Assembly (NCBI GenBank): GCA_963752915.1
Contig: CAVVZZ010000011.1
Coordinates: 42,708-106,707 of the forward strand
Source: Ignavibacteriota bacterium
GTDB lineage: Bacteria; Bacteroidota; Ignavibacteria; UBA10030; UBA6906
Reading direction: 5' to 3'
DNA length: 64,000 bases
Under the pieces are notes generated by a model. The model worked only from the letters and a program-made list of their open reading frames with translations, was not told the DNA's origin and ran no database searches. The translations under genes and the position numbers were made by a program. Shown here piece after piece: positions 28,613 through 36,064 of the stretch (its first letter is position 1; each line of letters opens with the position of its first letter).

Positions 28613-30014
28613 CAAGAAAATTCTCGAGATCATCGTCCTCTTTCAGAACCTGGGAGATGATCACCCGTATTACGCCCAAAGTCCTGCACCTCCGCTTCCA
28701 GGGATCCTTCTGGCGGCGCTGACGCCCGACCTGGTGGACGTCCGGGTGCTTCACGAAATGGTCCGGCCGATCAACTACGACACGGATGCGGATTTCATCG
28801 CTCTGAGCTTCATGGACTATCTCGCACCGCATGCCTATGAGGTCTCCGCGCGATTCCGGGCGATGGGGAAGACGGTCGTCGGAGGAGGGAAATTCGCGTC
28901 GACGTTTCCTGATCAGGTGGAACCGCATTTTGACGCCATTCTCGTCGGTGAAGCACAGGGCGTCTGGCCGGAAATGGTGCGCGACATGGTCAAAGGAACC
29001 CTCAAGCGGCGTTATGAATCGCCCTCGGAAGGATCGCTGGACAATATTCCGCCGCCCAGATATGACCTCGTGGAATCCAGGTATGTCACGCCCATCGTCA
29101 CGGAGGCAACGCGCGGCTGCCCGCACTCCTGCACATACTGCCAGCTGAATATCAAACGGATGCCGTTCCGTACGCGCCCGATCGCCGATGTCATCCGGGA
29201 TCTTCGCGCTACGTCCGCACTTCCCTGGCACAAGCGAAAGATGGCCATGCTCCTTGACAACAACCTGGGGGGAGACCTCTCCTACGCGAAAGCCCTCCTC
29301 CGCGAAATCGCAAAGCTCAAGTTCTGGGGAATAGGTGCGCAATTCAGCATCGAATGCCTTCGCGACGACGAATTCATCGAGGCACTCGCGGATGCACACT
29401 GCAGAATGGCGTTCATCGGAATGGAATCATTGGAGCCGCAGAGTCTCGCATCGGTGCGGAAACCGCAGAACAGGGTCGAAGAGTACCGCGTGTTCTTTGA
29501 CAAGCTCCATCGCCGGGGGATCTTGACGTTCACCGGATTGATGTTTGCGCTCGAGGAGGACACCGTCGAATACTACCATCAGTTGCCGGAGATGCTCGAC
29601 GACGTTGGCACGAGTGTCATCCTCCCGTCGATTGCCATCCCGCTCTATGGGACGCCTTTGTACCATTCGGCCCTGATGGAAGGGCGGATTGTCGACGACG
29701 ATTTGTCACACTACGAAGGCGACCATATTGTCTTCAGGCACAAGAAGCTTTCGGACAATGCGATTATCTCCGCCTATGCAAGCGTTACGCTTGGCTTCTA
29801 CTCATGGAGGAACATCGTGAAGCGTCTGGCGAAGATCCTCTTGAAGCAGGAACGAATGGAGCCGTGGAAGGAGTATCTCTTGAGACTGGGGATTGTAACC
29901 TTTGTGTATTTCAAGCTCTCCATATTTCAGAGACATCACGCACGGGTAAAGATCCGTCAGATCGCGGGACAGGACGCGAAAGGTTGCCGGAACGCGGTCT
30001 CGAAGGCCGCCTGA
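28581..30014 (+). CDS. B12-binding domain radical SAM enzyme (class B rSAM, probable C-methyltransferase or lipid-modifying enzyme)
   Basis: N-terminal Rossmann-like cobalamin-binding region ('KKILEIIVLFQNLGDD...DFIALSFMDY'). Radical SAM cluster motif 'ATRGCPHSCTYCQL'. Overlaps the preceding gene end (alternative start 28602 gives an 11-bp overlap). Confidence 0.75.
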   Translation: MKTQSRHMPRDKKILEIIVLFQNLGDDHPYYAQSPAPPLPGILLAALTPDLVDVRVLHEMVRPINYDTDADFIALSFMDYLAPHAYEVSARFRAMGKTVVGGGKFASTFPDQVEPHFDAILVGEAQGVWPEMVRDMVKGTLKRRYESPSEGSLDNIPPPRYDLVESRYVTPIVTEATRGCPHSCTYCQLNIKRMPFRTRPIADVIRDLRATSALPWHKRKMAMLLDNNLGGDLSYAKALLREIAKLKFWGIGAQFSIECLRDDEFIEALADAHCRMAFIGMESLEPQSLASVRKPQNRVEEYRVFFDKLHRRGILTFTGLMFALEEDTVEYYHQLPEMLDDVGTSVILPSIAIPLYGTPLYHSALMEGRIVDDDLSHYEGDHIVFRHKKLSDNAIISAYASVTLGFYSWRNIVKRLAKILLKQERMEPWKEYLLRLGIVTFVYFKLSIFQRHHARVKIRQIAGQDAKGCRNAVSKAA

Positions 30015-30018
30015 CCGT

Positions 30019-30702
30019 CTACGAACGAATGAATTTATAGCCGGCCGTATGCACGGTCAGGATGTGTTGCGGGCTTGAAGGATCGGATTCGAGCTTCTTC
30101 CTCAATGAGAGAACATAGTTGTCGACGGTTCTGGTGGTAGGGAAGGTTTCGTAACCCCACACCTTATTGAGCAGCATCTCGCGCGTAACAACTTCGCCCT
30201 CATGCTGAACAAGGAATCGGAGGACGGCATATTCGCGCACCGTCAGCTTCACCGTTTTCCCTTTGCGTTTGGCCTCCTGACGGATGAAGTCGACGTTCAC
30301 CCCTCCAAAGGCAACATCCTCCACCTCCTGACGCAGTGCACCCTTTCGGCGCAGCAGCGCGCGTATGCGTGCGAGCAGCTCCCTGATGCCAAAGGGCTTC
30401 GTTACATAGTCGTCCGCGCCGATCTCGAGGCCGAGGACCTTGTCCATTTCCTGTCCTTTGCTGGTGAGCATCAGGATCGGAACAGTGAGTCCCGCAGAGC
30501 GCAATTGCTTGCAGACTTCTTCTCCATTCATATCGGGAAGACCAAGGTCCAGGATGATCAGGTCGACGCTTTCGTGGCTTGCGAACGCCATGCCCCGCTC
30601 GCCTGTCCCCGCGGCCAGAACGTGAAAGTGTTCGCGTTCCAGCATGTCCTGGAGTCCTTTGCGGATCGCCGCATCGTCTTCGATAATAAGGATCGTCTTC
30701 AT
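30019..30702 (-). CDS. OmpR-family response regulator (receiver + winged-helix)
   Basis: 'ILIIEDDAAIRKGL...DLIILDLGLPDMNGEEV...LMLTSKGQEMDKVLGLEIGADDYVTKPF' and C-terminal 'VKLTVREYAVLRFLVQHEGEVVTREMLLNKVWG'. Confidence 0.85.
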   Translation of the reverse strand: MKTILIIEDDAAIRKGLQDMLEREHFHVLAAGTGERGMAFASHESVDLIILDLGLPDMNGEEVCKQLRSAGLTVPILMLTSKGQEMDKVLGLEIGADDYVTKPFGIRELLARIRALLRRKGALRQEVEDVAFGGVNVDFIRQEAKRKGKTVKLTVREYAVLRFLVQHEGEVVTREMLLNKVWGYETFPTTRTVDNYVLSLRKKLESDPSSPQHILTVHTAGYKFIRS

Positions 30703-33324
30703 GGTTGTTTCGCTTGGCGGGCAGTGTGAGTGTTCTTGACCACGGGTTTGTTTGTGAGCTTGCCGCTGTGCATTTCGAAGGCGGGGGCGGGATGCACAGG
30801 AAACACGAGGGTGAAGGTGCTCCCGGAGTCCGGTGTGCTCTTCACTTCGATGGACCCGTTATGCTCGTCCATGATGTGCTTTACCACGGAAAGTCCGATG
30901 CCCACCCCCTGAACCCGCCTCGGTAATCCAGGATCGCGGTAAAATTTCTGAAACAGATGATCCATCGCTTCGCGTGAGATGCCTCGACCGTGATCTTCCA
31001 CGCTGCACCGAATTGTCCCATCTTTGATGCTCAACGCAATTCGGATTCGTTTGTCTCCGAGGGAATACTTCATCGCGTTGGAGAGCAGGTTCAGCAGTGC
31101 TTCCCGGACGGCGTCGGGATCGGCCGAGATGGTAAACCGGGAGCCGGAGATCGTTCGGCGCCCATTCCGGCGCCCTCCTTCCACCGGTGACCTTGAAATG
31201 CTCCTTCGAAAGCTGGTAGCGCAGAGTTGTGAGAACAGTTCGAATGAGTGTGTCCAGGCGAACGGGCTTGCGCAGGTAGTGCACTTCACCTCTGTCAATC
31301 CGCGCAGAGTCCAGGATCGTGTTGACCATCCGCTGAAGCCTGTCTGTTTCCCCCTCGATAATCTGCAAATACTCCCGCGAGTCCTTTTCCTGACGGGGGA
31401 TGCGTTGCTGCAGCATCTCGGCGAACATCTTGATGGACGTCAGGGGCGTTCGCAACTCATGGGAAACGTAGGAAACGAAGTCGGATTTCATCGCATTAAG
31501 ACGTTCCATCCGAACGGCCTGCTCGGCTTTCTCCATCACCTCCTTCTTCAAAAGATGCCGTTCGATTTCTAGTCCGACCTGTTGTAGGAGGCTGGAAAGG
31601 AGATCGATGTCTTCGCTGCTGAATCTGCTCCCGGAGCGTTTCCTGCCGAGAAGCAACAGCCCGAGAACCCGTCCGTCGGAAGAGCGTGAGACATGCGCAA
31701 GGGCCACCCCGGCTGCGTCGCATTCCGGATGCACAAGAGGAGCGAACGGAACCCCCGGCTCCACACAGTCTGCAATCGCGAAAGGGAGGAGTGCCGATTT
31801 CTCGGCATCCGCCCCCAGCAGGCGGCAAATGGCATCGACCGGAGTATCAAAGCCCATGCCCTCGGAAATATGCGGATCGCCGTCTTGCGGATGGAGGACG
31901 TACAGGATCTTCTCCGGAGAGATGATCGTCGAGGTCCGATCGACAAGGAGGCGGATCACATCTTCAGCATACACGCAGGCTGCCACATCTTCCTGGAATT
32001 TCCGTTCCGCTTTTCGATAGTCGTACCGAATCCGGAAGAATCGCCGGTCCACTTCCTGCTGGACGAGTCTTCGCGCCGGCTCGAACAGGAGCGCGACGAT
32101 GATGGCGGCTCCTGCGGAGACGCTGACGGATTCCTCGTAGGTCAGCGACGAGACAAGGCCTGCAGCGCCCCCTACGATCGCAATGTAGACTACTGCCACC
32201 ATGCCCATGACCGTGCCATACACAACGCTTCTGTTCAGGATGAGGTCGATGTCCATGATGTGGTATCGCACGATCGAAGCCCCGAACGCCAGCGGGATGA
32301 AGCCCGAGGAGAGGAGCATCACACTCTCAGGGACGAGTCCGTAGGAAAGGACCATGTGCGGGATTACCCACAGGACGACAAACGGGACAAAGCCGATAAA
32401 GAGTCCCCAAACCACCCATCGGATCTTCCTTCGTTCTCCTTCGTCGCCTGCTTCACGGTACGACTGTCGAATCGTCCAGAGACCATTGAAAACCAACGCT
32501 ATCATGAACCACCGGGTCGCGGCAAACCATGTCAGGTGGGAATGGAAAATGGCGAGGGACCCTGATTGCCAGGCCATGATGAACGAAGCGCCGCTCCCGA
32601 TCGCGAGAACGGCGGCAATGCTGTAGAGCGCCGGCAGGAACAGTCCCCAGCGGATCGGTCGAGACCGGGGAAAGAGCCGCATGAAGTGGAAGAACAAAAG
32701 GGGAACAAAAGCGTACATCCCCGAGAAGACAGCACGCAGCAACGGTCCGAGAATCGGCGGGATGCTGACAACCGATCCCCACGTCGTTGAGAGCATCACT
32801 GCCGTGCCGAGGGAGCCGAAGTGATAGACCCTGGCGGCGGGGTCGTTCGATTTTCGCCAGAAGACGATGAGACCGACGACAAAGAAAAGCGAGCTAACGA
32901 AGATAACGGACGCCAGGTAGAATTTGCTGTAGAAGTGCATCAGGAAGATCTCTTCGCTTCGTTCCCCCTTGCTTCCATTGAGCGTAAGGAGAACTTTCTG
33001 GCCGATCCGAAGGCCGTCGAAGACAAACTCCACATCTTCGACTGTTGATATGGATTGACCGTTGATACTCAGGAGAGCGTCGTGCTCATGTATTTGGCGC
33101 GACAAGGGTTCGTCAACCCGGTCGACGTAGACAATGCCGTCGCGACTTTCGAGTTCAACGGGGATTCCGGGTTTCGAGGCAATGTGGACAATCCCGACGC
33201 AACAGGCGACAAGTGCAACAATATCAAGCAGATAGACGAGCGGGCGAAGAGGGGCTCGGTGGGTCATCAGCGGACTCCACGCTGGGAGAGGGGGAGGACT
33301 ACGGGGAGAATATACAGAATTCAT
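30699..33324 (-). pseudogene. multi-TM sensor histidine kinase with N-terminal PDZ-like domain, split by a frameshift between HisKA and HATPase_c (about 31150-31300)
   Basis: The 821-aa frame carries PDZ-like 'DGIVYVDRVDEPLSRQIHEHDALLSINGQSISTVEDV', then 6 or more TM helices, then H-box 'HELRTPLTSIKMFAEMLQQ', and then degenerates ('..RSRRRPGSTAEP..'). The 199-aa frame carries the ATPase: 'ISADPDAVREALLNLLSNAMKYS', 'DHGRGIS', 'GVGIGLSVVKHIMDEHNGSIEV'. Its stop overlaps the OmpR regulator start by 4 bp. Confidence 0.6.
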
Positions 33325-33413
33325 ATTTGGTGTTCCACTTTCCGCAACTTTTCAAAGGGGTGACAAGTCTAAGAAGTATCTGCGCAGCGCAAACCATCAA
33401 CCCGCAGGGTGCA

Positions 33414-33977
33414 ATGGACGACAACGACCTTATTCGCAAGGCCCAGGACGGTGACACCAATGCCTTCGAGGAACTGGTGTACCGTCACGACAGGAGCGTC
33501 CTCTCCATTGCTTCGCGGTATGTTCTCAGTGCAGATGAGGCGAAGGACATCTATCAGGAGGTGTTCCTCCGTGTCTATAGAGGGTTAAAAGATTTCCGGT
33601 TTCGCAGCGAATTCTCGACCTGGCTTCATCGTATAACGGTCAATGTCTGTCTATCGCACAAAGCGAGTAGCCGGTCCTACTCCCGGCCGAGGAAACATGA
33701 AGACGCTTCGGATGACGATCAGCAATCGGACGGGGATATCGCAGATCCTGCTGACGGTCCGGATGTGAGCGCTGTTCGCTCTGAAATCTCGCGGCGCGTT
33801 GACGAAGCAATGCTGACGCTGGCACCCAAACACCGCATGGTATTTTCATTAAGACATCTCGAAGGATATTCCCTTAAGGAAATCGCCGGCATGATGGACT
33901 GCGCGGAGGGGACCGTGAAACGATATTTGTTTGATGCAACGCGAAAAATGAGGGTGCATCTCAAGGATCTGGTATGA
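33414..33977 (+). CDS. ECF (group IV) RNA polymerase sigma factor
   Basis: Start re-set to 'MDDNDLIRKAQDGD'. Region 2 'YQEVFLRVYRGLKDFRFRSEFSTWLHRITVN'. Region 4 HTH 'LEGYSLKEIAGMMDCAEGTVKRYLFDATRKMRV'. Confidence 0.8.
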   Translation: MDDNDLIRKAQDGDTNAFEELVYRHDRSVLSIASRYVLSADEAKDIYQEVFLRVYRGLKDFRFRSEFSTWLHRITVNVCLSHKASSRSYSRPRKHEDASDDDQQSDGDIADPADGPDVSAVRSEISRRVDEAMLTLAPKHRMVFSLRHLEGYSLKEIAGMMDCAEGTVKRYLFDATRKMRVHLKDLV

Positions 33978-34936
33978 GACATAAACACTACGAACAACTT
34001 CTCGTTCTTTCGGTGAACGGGGCCCTTGACAAAGTCGAAGAAGAGGAGCTTGTACGGCACGTGGAAGGGTGTGCCCGCTGCCAGCGAGAGCAGGCTGCTC
34101 TGCAAAAGCTCGGTACGTTTTCGGGTTTTCTCAAAGAAGACATCCCATTTGACGATGCCTTGCTGACGGAGGCGCGGAGAGATCTGCATTTCTGGTTGCA
34201 GCAAGAGGCCCGCCGGGAGCAGTCGGGGCGGAGAATGGTTTCCGCAATCAGGCTCCGTCCTGCAATCGCGTACGGCCTTGGTTTTGCTCTGACTTTTGCC
34301 GTCGGAGTGGGAATCGGTCTGACGCGTTCACTGTGGCATGGTGATCAGGAAATGCCGGGACCTGCTCTGCAGGTGACGACGGCGAATGTGACAGCTCCGA
34401 TGGCGGGGCGGACACGCATCACGAACGTCCAATTTCTCGACCGCGGTGGAAACTCCGGAATTGTGGAGTTCACGTTCGACGCGGTCACACCGGTTCATAT
34501 GCGCGGTACAATTGACGATCCCGCCGTGCAAAAAGTCCTCGTCAGCGCAGTGCTGAACGACGACAACCCGGGTGTCCGCCTCAGCGCAGTGAATGCCTTC
34601 ACTGCAGGCCCGCCGCTGAAAGCGGACAGCGCCGTCAAGGCTGTCATGATCAGGGCGTTGGAATCGGATCCCAATATCGGCGTTCGGAAGCAGGCGCTGG
34701 TGGCGTTGAAGTCTATGCCTCTGGATGGAGATATCAAACAGGCCTTCCTTGGTACGTTACGGTCGGATTCGAATCCCGGGCTGAGAGTTGCCGCGATCAA
34801 CGCGCTTGATCCGGTTCTGAGTCAACCGGGAGCAATGGATCAGAGCGTCCGGGAGGTGTTACAACAACGTGCCCTGACCGATCGGAACGATTATATCCGC
34901 CTGAAGGCGAAGGCGGTTCTTCTGGAGAAACAATGA
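33974..34936 (+). CDS. zinc-finger (ZAS-type) anti-sigma factor with one TM helix and C-terminal HEAT/PBS-lyase-like repeats
   Basis: ATGA overlap with the sigma gene. 'HVEGCARCQ' (HxxxCxxC). TM 'AIAYGLGFALTFAVGVGIGL'. Repeated 'NPGVRLSAVNAF', 'NIGVRKQALVAL', 'NPGLRVAAINAL'. Confidence 0.65.
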   Translation: MRHKHYEQLLVLSVNGALDKVEEEELVRHVEGCARCQREQAALQKLGTFSGFLKEDIPFDDALLTEARRDLHFWLQQEARREQSGRRMVSAIRLRPAIAYGLGFALTFAVGVGIGLTRSLWHGDQEMPGPALQVTTANVTAPMAGRTRITNVQFLDRGGNSGIVEFTFDAVTPVHMRGTIDDPAVQKVLVSAVLNDDNPGVRLSAVNAFTAGPPLKADSAVKAVMIRALESDPNIGVRKQALVALKSMPLDGDIKQAFLGTLRSDSNPGLRVAAINALDPVLSQPGAMDQSVREVLQQRALTDRNDYIRLKAKAVLLEKQ

Positions 34937-36063
34937 AATCAATAACCATGTGTGGAATGCCCAGGTCGATTACTACCCTCGCGTGCCTTGTGACGCTGAT
35001 CGGAGCCGGAGGCAGTGCACAGCAGATCACTTCCAGGACTTTTAATGCGGAGGAAGGCGGGACTGTCAGGATCATTCTCGGAGCAGGGAATATCCAGATT
35101 TCGCCGTGGGATAAAAGCGCCGTGCAGGTGAACGCGGCCAGCGATGACGAAGATGTTTCGATATCACAGAACGGCAACACCGTAACGGTGCGCTCGTCGT
35201 CCGATGTTGATGTCCAGGTGTCGGTACCCATGCACATCAACCTGGATCTTCAGTGCGGAAGCGGAGATATCCGGATTGACGGCACGATGAACGGATCGCT
35301 GAGAGGGAGAACGAGCGGCGGCGAGATTGCCATCCGTGGTTTCGGCGGCAACGTCTCCATCAGTACCGGCGGCGGGGGGATCACCTGCGGCGATATCAAA
35401 GGCAAAATTACCGCGGAATCGGCCGGGGGCGACCTGCAACTCGGAGATATCAGCGGCGACGCGGACCTGGAAACCGACGGGGGGGACGTGGATGTGAAAG
35501 ACGTCGAGAAGTCGATCATCGCGCGAACGTCGGGGGGAAACGTCTCGATCGGCCGAGTCGGCGGTGGAGCACGGTTGTCGACGTCGGGCGGCGACGTTGA
35601 GGTCGGCCCCGTCTCCGGCGAATCCACACTTGAAAGCTCCGGCGGGAACATTCGCATGCACGGGAGCGGTGGGAGAGTTTCCGCCTCGACATCGGGGGGA
35701 GATCTGACGCTCGAGCATGTGGAAGGCCCGTTTTCTGGATCGACGTCCGCGGGGAACGTTACCGCGGCCGTCATCGCGAAAGGGAGCCGATGTGACGGCA
35801 GGCTCAGCAGCGGCGGGGGGAACATCCTCCTTGAGATTTCGCCTAGCGCGAATGCCACCATCGTCGCAACGATCCACAATTCGGACCGATGGTTTGACGA
35901 CAACGAACAACCCAGCATAACTTCCGATTTTCCTTCAGCATCGTATCACAAAAACGATCGCACAGGGGATATCGTCGCGACGTACCGTTTGAACGACGGG
36001 TCCGGCACCATTACTCTCGATGCATCGATGGGGTGCATCACTATCCGCAAAGGAACCCACTAG
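34933..36063 (+). CDS. DUF4097-type putative adhesin / beta-helix repeat protein (YvlB/LiaG-like)
   Basis: ATGA overlap with the anti-sigma gene. Signal peptide. About 10 tandem 'G(D/N)(I/V)....(S/T)(S/T)GG(D/N)(V/I)' repeats ('TSGGEIAIRG', 'TGGGGITCGD', 'SAGGDLQLGD', 'TDGGDVDVKD', 'TSGGNVSIGR', ...). Confidence 0.6.
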   Translation: MKSITMCGMPRSITTLACLVTLIGAGGSAQQITSRTFNAEEGGTVRIILGAGNIQISPWDKSAVQVNAASDDEDVSISQNGNTVTVRSSSDVDVQVSVPMHINLDLQCGSGDIRIDGTMNGSLRGRTSGGEIAIRGFGGNVSISTGGGGITCGDIKGKITAESAGGDLQLGDISGDADLETDGGDVDVKDVEKSIIARTSGGNVSIGRVGGGARLSTSGGDVEVGPVSGESTLESSGGNIRMHGSGGRVSASTSGGDLTLEHVEGPFSGSTSAGNVTAAVIAKGSRCDGRLSSGGGNILLEISPSANATIVATIHNSDRWFDDNEQPSITSDFPSASYHKNDRTGDIVATYRLNDGSGTITLDASMGCITIRKGTH

Positions 36064-36064
36064 C

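Noticed and set aside
30859-31200. The C-terminal about 110 aa of the 821-aa kinase ORF ('..RSRRRPGSTAEPALQRDEVF..RGKAHHGRA')
   Set aside because: It is out-of-frame read-through across the ATPase domain, which is correctly encoded in the overlapping 199-aa frame. It is not a real domain.
35164-35918. 248-aa and 222-aa minus-strand ORFs opposite the DUF4097 gene
   Set aside because: They are generated by the GC-rich 'GGxGGxG' repeat coding sequence on the other strand. The products are Pro/Arg/Ser-rich and low-complexity.
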